59,518 bases of DNA. It comes from a virus (taxonomy: Duplodnaviria > Caudoviricetes). Positions 45,765 to 54,894 of the stretch are shown piece by piece. The notes below the pieces were generated by a model. That model ran no database searches. It was not told the DNA's origin and was given only the letters and a program-made list of their open reading frames with translations. The stretch lies in the IMG/VR virus record IMGVR_UViG_3300033076_000460, positions 1 through 59,518 of that record, one strand, 5' to 3'. Every line of letters starts with the position of its first letter. Position 1 is the stretch's first letter. A program made the translations under genes and the position numbers.

Positions 45765-48597
45765 TGGGCTGTTGGGATGTGGCGGGGGACACGCCAAGCA
45801 GGTCGGCGTCAAACTCAAGCGCGATGACCGGCGGCGCGTTGATCTCCGTGCCGGCATCGAGCTTGGTGCGGATCTCCCCGGTGAACGCGCCAGACTTGTG
45901 GAGCTCGGTGAGCATGTCCCCGAAGGAAACCTGCTTCTCCACGCAGTACTGCCGAAGCTCGTGCTTGATGATGTACATGCGGCGGGTGTCGGGCTCGTAG
46001 CGGACGATGAGGGAGCCACGCGGCATGACGATTGGTGCGGCGGCGATGTTGTTGCGTGAGGTGCTCTTGCGGTTGCACACCAAAATGTTTGAGTTGTGGT
46101 ACAGCAAGAACTCGCCAATCAGCGCCGCAAAGTCTGTGTAGGTCAACCTCGTGTTGTCCTGCATCGACTTCACTTCCTCGACCACCCAGTCAAACACACG
46201 CCTCACGTTGATGTTGTGGAGGCCCAGTTGAGAGGACGCCACCAGAGCGCCAGTCAGGTTGGCCGCTACCGTGGCTGACCAGAAGCGTTCACGGGTCTGG
46301 ATCTTCACGGCGTCGTCAAACCGCATCTGCATCTTCATGGCTTGCTCCACGACCTCTTCCAGATTCTGGACAAGGTACTGGGCGTAGGGTTGCCCGGCTA
46401 GGCCGTGATGCCGATACAGACCCCCGAAGATGTGCTTGGCCCGTGCCTTGTCGAGGTTGTTTGTCGGGTCAATCTTGTACTGCATCAGGCGCATGAGTTC
46501 GCCCTCAGAGGTGGCCTTCATCGCTTCCAGCTTGTCCGTCATGCTGGCGTTCGACGTAGCCACCATGATCGTCGCCCAAAACCCCTGAGCCTCTCGCTCC
46601 TCGTTGACCGAAGCTTTCATGCGGCGGCGCGGCGCACCTTGGGTCACGCTGTACGCGAGGTCTGAGAAGTCATCCCCGCTCAGCTTCGTGATCTCGTCCA
46701 CACCCAGAGGCAGGTTGTTCATCACGGCCATGCGGTGCAGCTTGACGTTCAAGGTGTCTCTCCACTGGAGCATCAGCTCGTCGGGGTGACCCCACACGCT
46801 GTTCATCACCTGAAGAATCGTTGACTTGCCCGTACCAGAGCGGCTGTTCACCAGATTGATGATGCTCCCTTTCACGCCCATGAATTTGAGCAGGGGTGCG
46901 CCAAACGCTGAGAACACCGCGAACGCATGGGGTTCAAAGCCCGGCATGTCGTAGACATTGACGATGTTGCGCCACTCGTCCAACGATCCAACGGGGCGCA
47001 GGGCCGCGCTGACTTCACGGGTTGCCTTTGACGGTGGGCTATAGCGTACAAACGTCGGCCCAATCTCTCGATCTCCGAGGATGAACCGGCTGTCTTCGTC
47101 GGCCCAACCACATTGAACACGCATCATCTCAATCTCCTGCTCGACTTGAAGACTCTTGGCGCACGCCACGAGGTAGTTCAGAATTCGGTTCATCTGTCCC
47201 GGCAACGCGATCACACCGTGAAAGGACATCACGCGGCGCAGTTCATCTTTGCTGAGCGCCTCAACGAGCGTCACCGCAAACTCCTTGACCTTGTCACGCG
47301 GCAAGGAAAGCCGCACCAGCACAGTTTCGCCTTGCTGGGGGTCGTACATCCGCTTCATCAAGAATAGGTCGTACTCGTAGACCAGCTTGACGCCGCTTTC
47401 CGGGTCTTCGTCTGATTCTTCCTCTTTGGGCATGTTGTAGAAGATGCCGCCGTTCTTGCCCCGGAAGTAGTTCGTCGGCAGGTTGGGCACAACGAACTCG
47501 GGTTTGAAGTGGGTCACGGGTCCGTCGCCCGCTATGGTGTCGCCGGGGTTGGACTTGGCGATCTCATGGCCAAGAACGATGGGGGACTTGATCTTGCCCC
47601 AGTGCTGGCAACCCGAGCAGATGTTGGGGGAGAAGTCGTCGAATGTTTCGCAGGTGTACGGACCTTTGATCTGCGCGGCCTTTTTCTCGGTGGCCGTGGG
47701 GTCGTACTTGGGATGCTTGCGGGAGATGAAGTGGATTGCCTTGTCGCGATCCACGCAGTGTTGGGCGATTGAAAGCCCTGCCCGCCACATCGGCTCGTCG
47801 GCTTGATGTTGGTTGGCGATGATGTACTTGAGCTGCTCACAGCCCGTGCCGTTCTCTGTCTTCAGAAGAATGGTTTTGAAGCGGGACTGACGGTTGCCCA
47901 TCAGGGCTTGCATGAAAGGATCCAACTGCTTGGGTTGGGAGACTTTCTTCCGGGGCCGCAACGGGCCAATCTTCTCAACGAAGTCGTCGTACGAAATCGG
48001 TTCGGAAGTGTGGACGACCAGCACATCATGTGCGGGGTCATCCTTGAAGTTCTTCGTGCCGGGGATCCTCAATACCCTTGCGGCATCAGCAGGTACATCG
48101 GGGTCAATGTAAAACCCCTTCTCCATGCACCGTGCTTTGAAAGTGTGCGCGGCATCCAGCCACTTCTCTTTGTCCACCGCCTCGGTGAGCGGCCAGTACA
48201 CATGCCAGCCGCGACCGGAGTTGACGATGGTCGGCTTGGGTAAACCCAAGGCTTTGCACAACTCTCGCAGGGCCAGCATCCCTGCTTGTTGATCGATGTA
48301 ACCTTTGATGCGCCCACGCTCATCTGGTTCGGCTTTTGTTGGGCCGCAATCAATGTCGAGGAAAAAGGACTGCATCCACCCGCAGTTGTCGGCCTTTCTG
48401 TTTTCGTTGGTCTTGAACTTCCCCAGACCGTAGAAGGCATCCATCTTCTGGTTGACCAGTCGATCCGCCGCATCATTGACCTCTTCAAGGGTCTTGTAAA
48501 ACTTCTGAGACTTGATTTGCCCTTGATAAAGTCCGACCACACAGTACCAGCCATCTGTGTGGGCGACGACTTGATCCAGCAAGGATACGTCCGCCAT
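45754..48597 (-). CDS. primase/helicase with DUF927 domain
   Basis: SFFLDIDC, NSGRGWHVYW and ARVLRIPGTKN (AEP/RepB-like primase); Cys cluster; SGTGKST Walker A; VDEIT. Confidence 0.85.
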   Translation of the reverse strand: MADVSLLDQVVAHTDGWYCVVGLYQGQIKSQKFYKTLEEVNDAADRLVNQKMDAFYGLGKFKTNENRKADNCGWMQSFFLDIDCGPTKAEPDERGRIKGYIDQQAGMLALRELCKALGLPKPTIVNSGRGWHVYWPLTEAVDKEKWLDAAHTFKARCMEKGFYIDPDVPADAARVLRIPGTKNFKDDPAHDVLVVHTSEPISYDDFVEKIGPLRPRKKVSQPKQLDPFMQALMGNRQSRFKTILLKTENGTGCEQLKYIIANQHQADEPMWRAGLSIAQHCVDRDKAIHFISRKHPKYDPTATEKKAAQIKGPYTCETFDDFSPNICSGCQHWGKIKSPIVLGHEIAKSNPGDTIAGDGPVTHFKPEFVVPNLPTNYFRGKNGGIFYNMPKEEESDEDPESGVKLVYEYDLFLMKRMYDPQQGETVLVRLSLPRDKVKEFAVTLVEALSKDELRRVMSFHGVIALPGQMNRILNYLVACAKSLQVEQEIEMMRVQCGWADEDSRFILGDREIGPTFVRYSPPSKATREVSAALRPVGSLDEWRNIVNVYDMPGFEPHAFAVFSAFGAPLLKFMGVKGSIINLVNSRSGTGKSTILQVMNSVWGHPDELMLQWRDTLNVKLHRMAVMNNLPLGVDEITKLSGDDFSDLAYSVTQGAPRRRMKASVNEEREAQGFWATIMVATSNASMTDKLEAMKATSEGELMRLMQYKIDPTNNLDKARAKHIFGGLYRHHGLAGQPYAQYLVQNLEEVVEQAMKMQMRFDDAVKIQTRERFWSATVAANLTGALVASSQLGLHNINVRRVFDWVVEEVKSMQDNTRLTYTDFAALIGEFLLYHNSNILVCNRKSTSRNNIAAAPIVMPRGSLIVRYEPDTRRMYIIKHELRQYCVEKQVSFGDMLTELHKSGAFTGEIRTKLDAGTEINAPPVIALEFDADLLGVSPATSQQPSAN

Positions 48598-48625
48598 AAC
48601 AATCCAATCAACACGTCAAGAAGAA

Positions 48626-48678
48626 GGGGGAGAAGGGGCTGACGGATACCCCGTTCGCTCCGTCGAGCTATCTCCCCC
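48626..48678 (-). promoter_or_regulatory. structured leader upstream of the primase gene
   Basis: GGGGGAGA/TCTCCCCC outer stem and GACGGA/TCCGTC inner stem; no T-run. Confidence 0.5.
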
Positions 48679-48684
48679 AAACTT

Positions 48685-48906
48685 TTACAGAGGGTACAAC
48701 TCGCGGATCTTCTGAACCATTGCTTTTCTAGGTTCGGTCACACCCGTGAACCAGAAATAGACAGCTTGGCGCGTCACTTTGAGCTGCTGCGTGACCTCAA
48801 TAACAGAGATGTTATTTTTGATGCAGTACCGCCCAAAGCGCACGCCGAACAGCTTTCCATTCGCGGCCTTGTTGCGCTTCTGAAGATGGATTGAATATCC
48901 AATCAT
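48685..48906 (-). CDS. XRE/Cro-like HTH protein
   Basis: SVIEVTQQLKVTRQAVYFWFTGVTEP. Confidence 0.75.
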   Translation of the reverse strand: MIGYSIHLQKRNKAANGKLFGVRFGRYCIKNNISVIEVTQQLKVTRQAVYFWFTGVTEPRKAMVQKIRELYPL

Positions 48907-49838
48907 TCGTCGCCCCATTCATCGATGAGCGTGTTGAGCCCGCTCTGCTTGGCGGCGGGCGGTTCCGCTTTCTTCTTGGCGGCGGGCGCGGGGGCGGCGG
49001 CAGGAGCGGCGGCAGGAGCGGCGGCAGGAGCGGCGGCAGGAGCGGCGGCAGGAGCAGCGGCCTTGAGTTGCGCGGCGGCTGACCCAGCGGGCGCAGTCAG
49101 CTTGGGAACGGTGGTAGCGGCGGTCTCACCTTTCTTCTTGAAGTTCAGCTTGCCAGCGTTGATGGCAATCTGAGACTGACCCTGCGCCACGGCAATGTTG
49201 TAGTTGTCCATGTCGAGGAACTCAGTGTTGCTGAAGAAAAGCTTGGGCACATCGCTGTCCGTGTCAAACGTCATGCGCGTGACCAGCATGTTCAGGTTGA
49301 AGCCCGAGCTACCCACATAACGAGCGTACTGGAGGAAGGGCATGTGCTCCATGTCGCCCGCGCCGAACAACGACAGCGAGGGGATGACCAGCTGATAGAT
49401 GTCGCCGCCGGGGTTGTTGGCCAGCACGACAGCCACGCGCTGTGAGAAACGGCACTGGGTCTTTTGCCCGCCAGCCGAACCTTTGATGGCGCGGGGGCAC
49501 TCTTTGCAGTTGTGGTGCTGGGGCTCTTCCACATCGGCGTCGGGCTGTTCGCCATTGCTCGACCAGCAGTCGGGGATCGAGGTCTCTTCGGCGCTGTACG
49601 CACCGGCGTGGAACGTCTTCTGAACGGTGGTCGAACCGTTGACGACGATCACGTCCAGATGAGGCTCGGTGTTCTTTGCGATCTCCTTGCCGCCATCGAC
49701 AAGACGGAACACGCGGCCCCGCAGAGAGATGCGCTTGACGCTACCACCAGCGGTGGTGAAGGCTTTGGTGAAATCGTCGAGCTTGACGTTGGCGAGGTGG
49801 GCAGGAAGGTTGCCTTTGAAAACTTGCACTTCAGACAT
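48903..49838 (-). CDS. ssDNA-binding/annealing-like replication protein
   Basis: Replication cluster; PDCWS...CKECP...QCRF; Ala/Pro linker and acidic tail IDEWGDE. Confidence 0.55.
   Translation of the reverse strand: MSEVQVFKGNLPAHLANVKLDDFTKAFTTAGGSVKRISLRGRVFRLVDGGKEIAKNTEPHLDVIVVNGSTTVQKTFHAGAYSAEETSIPDCWSSNGEQPDADVEEPQHHNCKECPRAIKGSAGGQKTQCRFSQRVAVVLANNPGGDIYQLVIPSLSLFGAGDMEHMPFLQYARYVGSSGFNLNMLVTRMTFDTDSDVPKLFFSNTEFLDMDNYNIAVAQGQSQIAINAGKLNFKKKGETAATTVPKLTAPAGSAAAQLKAAAPAAAPAAAPAAAPAAAPAAAPAPAAKKKAEPPAAKQSGLNTLIDEWGDE
48994..49053. repeat. 12-bp tandem repeat x5 (encodes AAAP)
   Basis: Five perfect copies of GCGGCGGCAGGA. Confidence 0.95.
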
Positions 49839-49840
49839 GG

Positions 49841-50239
49841 TTATTCTCCAGATTTGCGTTTGACAGTAACCGCGTAGCGGCTATCGAGCTTGAGTTTGGC
49901 CGGATATTCTTCCGGGTGCTCCTCAAGAAAGGTTGACATGTTGCCGTCGTGGATACGCTTGTGCAACAGGCCAAATGCTTTGTGCTTGTCGATCAAGGCG
50001 TAGATTTCATCCCAGCAATTTGCAGGGTCATAACGCTTGGTGACACGGCGCAGAATGGTTGCGTTCTTGGTGCTGATGCTCGATGCGTTGGCCGCATTGA
50101 GCTCAGTGATCATAGCCTCTTCGATCAGGGTCATTTCTTTTTCAAGCACGGAATCTTGTTCAACGTACCGTTCTTTGAGGATCTCGCGATCCCGGCGCAA
50201 AGAAAGATATCGCTGAGACATCTCTTCTAGATCTGCCAT
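49841..50239 (-). CDS. hypothetical replication-module protein
   Basis: AAGGAG RBS; N-terminal coiled coil; LLHKRI. Confidence 0.75.
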   Translation of the reverse strand: MADLEEMSQRYLSLRRDREILKERYVEQDSVLEKEMTLIEEAMITELNAANASSISTKNATILRRVTKRYDPANCWDEIYALIDKHKAFGLLHKRIHDGNMSTFLEEHPEEYPAKLKLDSRYAVTVKRKSGE

Positions 50240-50262
50240 GGTTTCTCCTTTTGTGAGCGGGT

Positions 50263-50291
50263 ATTGTACGGGTTGTTTTTGACGGTGTCAA
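50263..50291 (-). promoter_or_regulatory. sigma70 promoter for the replication operon
   Basis: TTGACA-17 nt-TACAAT. Confidence 0.85.
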
Positions 50292-51676
50292 GCGTCTGAC
50301 AACTCTTTTTTGTAAAGGTCCACAAGTTGCTCGTGGTTGCTGATGTTGCCCTGAAGCATGGCGTAGAGCCGCGCTTCGATTGGACTGCCTTGGATGTGGA
50401 ACACCGTCATCGGGTGTTTCTGGCCCGGCCTATCAATCCGAGCGTTGGCTTGGAGATAAGTCTCAACGCTGGTGACAGGAGAGTACCAGATGATTGTGTC
50501 GGCGGCTGTCAGGGTAACTCCGTGTGCCGCCGCTTGCGGCTGAATCACAAGCACGGTCGGGTCAGGCTTTTCCTGAAAGTCTTTGAATACTTGAGTACGC
50601 TTGGCCACCGGGACACTGCCGTCAATGATCGCGTTTGCGATGCCCGCTTTGGTCAGATGTTCTGACAGCAGATTGATGGTGTGCGTGAAGGGCGCAAAAA
50701 TGAGAACTTTGTTGCTTGCCTCCTCGATGACTTCCTCGATGACTTGCAGTCGATTGGATACATCGAACTGCACCACCACTCGGTTGTCCGAGTAGACCGC
50801 ACCGCCAGAGATCTGGAGAAGCTTGGTCATCTTCGCCGCCGCGTTCACCGCCGAGACTTCTTCGCCGCCAGATTCCAGCAGCATCTCGTCCTTGAGCTGC
50901 TTGTAGTACCGGCGCTGTTCTGGCGTCATGGGGGCAACCCGTGTCATGAACGTCACAGGCGGCAAGTCCAAGCACTGTTCCTTCTCAAAGCGAATGGCCG
51001 GCTGGAGCATGTCATACACAATCTGCTTGGCCTCGGGGCGTGGCTCCCAGCGGTACATGCTGTACTGCAACATGACCGATTGACGGAAGTCCCCAAAGAA
51101 CTGTGGTGCTTTGTCGGGTACGCACATCTTGGCCAAGCCATACGCATCAACAGGAGACTGCGCGGCAGGAGTACCCGTGAGCATCCACAATCCAGTCTTC
51201 GGGCCGAGCAGCTTTCGCATCAGCCGCCAGCGTTTCGTCTGGACGTTCTTGTACGCATTGGCCTCGTCGATAACGATTAGGTCAAAGCCGCCCGCTTTGA
51301 GTTCTTCAAACACACTGGGTACGCCGTCATAGTTGATGATGACGAATGAAGCCGTGCCATTGATGACCTTCTTGCGGCGGTCTGCCGTGCCGTGTGCGAC
51401 ATCGACTGTGCGGTGAACCGCGAACTTGAACAAGTCGTTCTGCCATGACGCTTGCATGATCGACAGGGGGCACACGACCAGCACTCGTTTGATCGCCCCC
51501 CGCGACAGCAGGTAGTCAGCCGCCCAGATGACGGAGGCTGTTTTGCCTGTACCCTGTTCGTTGAAACAAAAGGCACGGCGGCGCAGAGCAAGAAACTCTG
51601 CGGTTTCTTTTTGATGCTCGAAAGGCTCAAACCCAATGGGCCGGGGCCACTTGTAGTTGTCTTTGATTGTTTGCAT
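50288..51676 (-). CDS. SNF2-family helicase
   Basis: EQGTGKT, VIDEAN, LTGTP, HGVTLT, QANARIDRPGQ. Confidence 0.93.
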   Translation of the reverse strand: MQTIKDNYKWPRPIGFEPFEHQKETAEFLALRRRAFCFNEQGTGKTASVIWAADYLLSRGAIKRVLVVCPLSIMQASWQNDLFKFAVHRTVDVAHGTADRRKKVINGTASFVIINYDGVPSVFEELKAGGFDLIVIDEANAYKNVQTKRWRLMRKLLGPKTGLWMLTGTPAAQSPVDAYGLAKMCVPDKAPQFFGDFRQSVMLQYSMYRWEPRPEAKQIVYDMLQPAIRFEKEQCLDLPPVTFMTRVAPMTPEQRRYYKQLKDEMLLESGGEEVSAVNAAAKMTKLLQISGGAVYSDNRVVVQFDVSNRLQVIEEVIEEASNKVLIFAPFTHTINLLSEHLTKAGIANAIIDGSVPVAKRTQVFKDFQEKPDPTVLVIQPQAAAHGVTLTAADTIIWYSPVTSVETYLQANARIDRPGQKHPMTVFHIQGSPIEARLYAMLQGNISNHEQLVDLYKKELSDA

Positions 51677-51930
51677 TACTTCATCGAACCGTCGGAGTTC
51701 CTTTTGAAAGATCGATTTTTATGGGCCGACTCCACCCGGACACCATCTTTATTCGACCCGCCTTTGCTCAGGGCTTTGACGTGCGCAACGTCTTTCCCTT
51801 TGTGATCAATTCCGCGTTTGTCCAAATCGCGTCGTGCGCGTTGGCGCTCTAACTTGTCCGGAATCTCTCCGCGCTTGATCTGTTGCTGATACTCCTTCTT
51901 GTAGGGTCTGGGTTTGTTGACGTAAGGCAT
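51676..51930 (-). CDS. small HNH endonuclease
   Basis: KDVAHVKALSKGGSN...KNRS. Confidence 0.7.
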   Translation of the reverse strand: MPYVNKPRPYKKEYQQQIKRGEIPDKLERQRARRDLDKRGIDHKGKDVAHVKALSKGGSNKDGVRVESAHKNRSFKRNSDGSMK

Positions 51931-52096
51931 TTGCTTGCTCCTTCATGATGGTGATGGTGTTCAAAAAGAAACGAGACTCGGCCACAAGATCAAGGGCTTT
52001 CGCGGTAGCTTCGTCAAATCGTTTTTCCTGAAGATGATTGTGCGCTTCGCTCAAGATTTTTTCAATGCGCAAAAGCGGGGCAGAGTAATCAATCAC
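51806..52096 (-). CDS. hypothetical protein
   Basis: Helical ORF; 3' part overlaps the HNH gene. Confidence 0.5.
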   Translation of the reverse strand: MIDYSAPLLRIEKILSEAHNHLQEKRFDEATAKALDLVAESRFFLNTITIMKEQANALRQQTQTLQEGVSATDQARRDSGQVRAPTRTTRFGQTRN

Positions 52097-52205
52097 AGGG
52101 GGGCTTCCTCATGTTGTGTTGTGGGTGTTGCCGGCTTCGCCCGCCGGTTGAGTTGTTTGTAGGCATCCCCGGTAGCCAGCGTGAACGGCCACCAAGTCTT
52201 CCAGT

Positions 52206-52382
52206 CTATGTCTTCTTTTCGTTTGGTCGCACGATTGTTTCCAGTGTCGTGAACCTGTGCAGGTTTGCGCATTCGTATCTCCTCCTTTTACTTCCATCTG
52301 ATCTGGTTCTTGTTTCCTTCACGATCCCCCAAGCTTTGCACTCTGGGCAGGGGAGAGGTTTGTACTTTTTACGGCGTTGCAT
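52206..52382 (-). CDS. NrdR/Ogr-like zinc-ribbon protein
   Basis: CPEC...VKETR...RRRYECANLHRFTTLE. Confidence 0.7.
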   Translation of the reverse strand: MQRRKKYKPLPCPECKAWGIVKETRTRSDGSKRRRYECANLHRFTTLETIVRPNEKKT

Positions 52383-52537
52383 TTGTGATGCTCCCACTCC
52401 TTGCGGTTGAAAAAATATCTTCCACATTCTTTGCATCGAAAAATGTAGCCTTCCCGTACGCGAGTAGCTCCCCCTCTGTCATACGGGTCAGTTCGGTACG
52501 AAGTCCCTTCGAATGTTCTGATGATCTCTGGTTCCAT
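52319..52537 (-). CDS. C2H2-like zinc-finger protein
   Basis: FRCKECGRYF...WEHHKC. Confidence 0.5.
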   Translation of the reverse strand: MEPEIIRTFEGTSYRTDPYDRGGATRVREGYIFRCKECGRYFFNRKEWEHHKCNAVKSTNLSPAQSAKLGGS

Positions 52538-52570
52538 GATCTCTTCGCTTTGTAGTAGGTGGTGATGAGT

Positions 52571-52774
52571 TTAATGATTGTCCACTTCACGCCTTGTCTC
52601 CCGCAGTTGTTGTTTGATCCCATCAATGAATCCTCGCTCGTACTCCTTGCGGAGCAGCTCCTCTGGCTCCCACGGCAGGGGTGTGCCGCCTTGCTTGTAC
52701 GCCTCATGCCGCCACATGGACGCGCTGAGTTTGTATCGTTCGCAGTTTTGGCAAGTCTTGTCATCTTCAGTCAT
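52571..52774 (-). CDS. hypothetical protein
   Basis: CQNC; EYERGFIDG; ATGA coupling. Confidence 0.6.
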   Translation of the reverse strand: MTEDDKTCQNCERYKLSASMWRHEAYKQGGTPLPWEPEELLRKEYERGFIDGIKQQLRETRREVDNH

Positions 52775-53010
52775 ACTCGCTCTCTTTTTGCTTTTTCTTC
52801 CGCCAACATCTCCGACAATCTTTCTTCAATCGGCTTGTCTTGCAACGGCCTGTTTGTCCATGAATCCCAGATTGGCATTCGGTTGTTGATGGTCAAGTCG
52901 CCATTCGGACTGTTCTTCAACAGTTCTCCCATCTGGGCGCAACTTGCCGTTGGCTGTTTTGGCTCCGGCCCCGGGGGGCAGATTGTGTAGGTGTACGGCA
53001 ACTTAGCCAT
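52771..53010 (-). CDS. hypothetical protein
   Basis: AAGGAG RBS; MAKLPYTYTICP. Confidence 0.65.
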   Translation of the reverse strand: MAKLPYTYTICPPGPEPKQPTASCAQMGELLKNSPNGDLTINNRMPIWDSWTNRPLQDKPIEERLSEMLAEEKAKRERV

Positions 53011-53230
53011 TTTTTTCTCCTTCGTGTGCTCGTTGAAGTCGGCGATAGTGCGAGATGTTGTTGTGCAGTGCGCGGGGGTCTGAACCGTTCTTTGAGATGA
53101 TCTGCGCTTGTGGGAACTCGGCAAAGACAACAAGGAAGTGTGCCCCACTTCGCGGCTCAACATGAATCGCATGGAAGCCCTTGCTCTCATAGAACTTCAG
53201 CTGATCTCTCAATACTCTTGGTATGTTCAT
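53003..53230 (-). CDS. HicA-like fold small protein
   Basis: KGF...GAHFLV...SKNGSDPRALHN pattern. Confidence 0.5.
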   Translation of the reverse strand: MNIPRVLRDQLKFYESKGFHAIHVEPRSGAHFLVVFAEFPQAQIISKNGSDPRALHNNISHYRRLQRAHEGEKNG

Positions 53231-53832
53231 AGTACAAGTGTCCCCATTTCAGTGTCGATGTGTTTCAAAAGATTGCCGTAGTCGTCGGTGACGTACCAGA
53301 CATTGCGTGTTCTGCTCAACCCATTCACGTTGTGAACCTCCAGCTTGCCGTAGTTTGTGACGTACCCGTCCACCATCGACATCATCCTGAACGGCCTGTG
53401 TGGGCGGTACTCGTAGTTGATGGTGGTCTTGTTCTCCCGCAGGATGTACGCACCGTTGCCCAGATGGAAGTCCTGCGCCATCACTGTCTTGGGAGACAGC
53501 GTGACAAACCTCTTCACCTCTGGCCTGATGCGGTTGATGTGGTCAAGCGCCCCCATGAGCAAGCCACGCGCCGCGCCCCGCTTGTACGACCATATCGTGT
53601 AGAACACCGCCACGGTCTGCTTGTCTCCATCATCGAACAGATCGTCCTCTGATGTCGGCACGGCTTGCGTGTAGGACACACAGGTCACCGCAGTGGGGTT
53701 CTCGTGGTCACCCGTTATGAAGAGGTGGGCGTTGCGCCCGAGGCGCTTCTCTGCCGGGATGCCCGGACGAACCGGGTCATCCTTGACCAGCCGCTCAATC
53801 AGTGCTGGTTGGTTGATGTAGTGGGTCTTCAT
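53227..53832 (-). CDS. minimal malonyl-CoA decarboxylase-like GNAT-fold protein
   Basis: AVFYTIWS, FVTLSP and FHLGNGA, in the order of the MCD catalytic-domain motifs. Confidence 0.6.
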   Translation of the reverse strand: MKTHYINQPALIERLVKDDPVRPGIPAEKRLGRNAHLFITGDHENPTAVTCVSYTQAVPTSEDDLFDDGDKQTVAVFYTIWSYKRGAARGLLMGALDHINRIRPEVKRFVTLSPKTVMAQDFHLGNGAYILRENKTTINYEYRPHRPFRMMSMVDGYVTNYGKLEVHNVNGLSRTRNVWYVTDDYGNLLKHIDTEMGTLVL

Positions 53833-53983
53833 TTGTTTTTTCCAATTCCTTTGCAAACTTGTTACACATCACCCACGCATCAAGCTCCGTGATGACCAGA
53901 ATAATGCGTCCCTCTGAGTCTTTGTAGAAAGTTTCGTACATGCAGTTCTTTTCCACCCAGTCCTGAAAATCTTTGTACTTCAC
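53795..53983 (-). CDS. hypothetical protein
   Basis: GGAGG RBS, GTG start. Confidence 0.55.
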   Translation of the reverse strand: MKYKDFQDWVEKNCMYETFYKDSEGRIILVITELDAWVMCNKFAKELEKTNEDPLHQPTSTD

Positions 53984-54204
53984 ACAACCTCCTGCACAGA
54001 CTCAAGCCACGCAACAGGCGCGCCGACATATTGGTACGGCCCATGCCCGTCAAACCTTACCCATGCGCCGCCATCCCCAGCTCCACACAGGACAGTCCCA
54101 TAACAACCGTGGTACGCCAGATGCTCTCCGTTGATCTGCGGGAACTTCATCAGAGACTTCATCGGCTCTTTGTCGTGGTCGGGGATCATCAACCTTACCC
54201 TCAT
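53980..54204 (-). CDS. hypothetical (SH3-like) protein
   Basis: Starts within a junction repeat; GTV...WVRFDG. Confidence 0.55.
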   Translation of the reverse strand: MRVRLMIPDHDKEPMKSLMKFPQINGEHLAYHGCYGTVLCGAGDGGAWVRFDGHGPYQYVGAPVAWLESVQEVV

Positions 54205-54410
54205 GTGTTCTTCTCCCGTTTGGTTTCCATGGCCTTCCACCAGCCAAAGGCAAACGCCTTCTTCTCTGCTTCTGTTTGGCACTCGGGTGGAGGCTCGGGC
54301 TGTGCCATTCGGTTGACAGCCTTGTCCACGCTGGACTGCATCTGATGTTGCACCCCATCAACGAACCCGCGCTCGTAGTCCGGGCCTTGGTCAAGTCGCG
54401 GCTTGGTCAT
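54201..54410 (-). CDS. hypothetical protein
   Basis: MTKPRLDQGPDYERGFVDG...KREKNT; junction repeats at both ends. Confidence 0.65.
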   Translation of the reverse strand: MTKPRLDQGPDYERGFVDGVQHQMQSSVDKAVNRMAQPEPPPECQTEAEKKAFAFGWWKAMETKREKNT

Positions 54411-54559
54411 GTATTCTTCTCCTTCGCATGCACAACCGCCTCCAAGCATTTCCAATCCTGCGGTGTCCACTTGCGGCCAAGCCGGGCTTCATCCTCCTTG
54501 ACGAACGCCATGAGTTGGATCAGCCTGTCAAACAATGCTGGTTCTTTTCTCAGGTTCAT
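54407..54559 (-). CDS. hypothetical protein (50 aa)
   Basis: Read by hand: MNLRKEPALFDRLIQLMAFVKEDEARLGRKWTPQDWKCLEAVVHAKEKNT. Confidence 0.6.
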   Translation of the reverse strand: MNLRKEPALFDRLIQLMAFVKEDEARLGRKWTPQDWKCLEAVVHAKEKNT

Positions 54560-54894
54560 TCTTTCTTCTCCTCGTTCGTGTCGAGAACCCAGTACACACC
54601 CGGGTTGGCGATCTTCTCCTTGCGGGTTGCTGGGCGCATGCCAAGTTGATTGAGCAAATCCTTCAGCATCCTGTTTTCATCGGAAAGATGAAGCGTCAAT
54701 TTGAGGTTCTCAGCGTGGCGCTCTGCCACGGTCTTGGAAAACTTCTCAATGCGGTGGAGCAAGCCCTGCACATCCTTCCGCAGGGTTTCTGTTTCATACC
54801 AGAGGTAGTCTGGGTTTACACCCTCGACTGAAAGGCTGTCTTTGTAGTCGGCGGGTTTGCCAGCTTCTTCTGTGGTTGATGGTTGGGGGTTCAT
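54556..54894 (-). CDS. hypothetical coiled-coil protein
   Basis: ATGA-coupled ORF. Confidence 0.6.
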   Translation of the reverse strand: MNPQPSTTEEAGKPADYKDSLSVEGVNPDYLWYETETLRKDVQGLLHRIEKFSKTVAERHAENLKLTLHLSDENRMLKDLLNQLGMRPATRKEKIANPGVYWVLDTNEEKKE

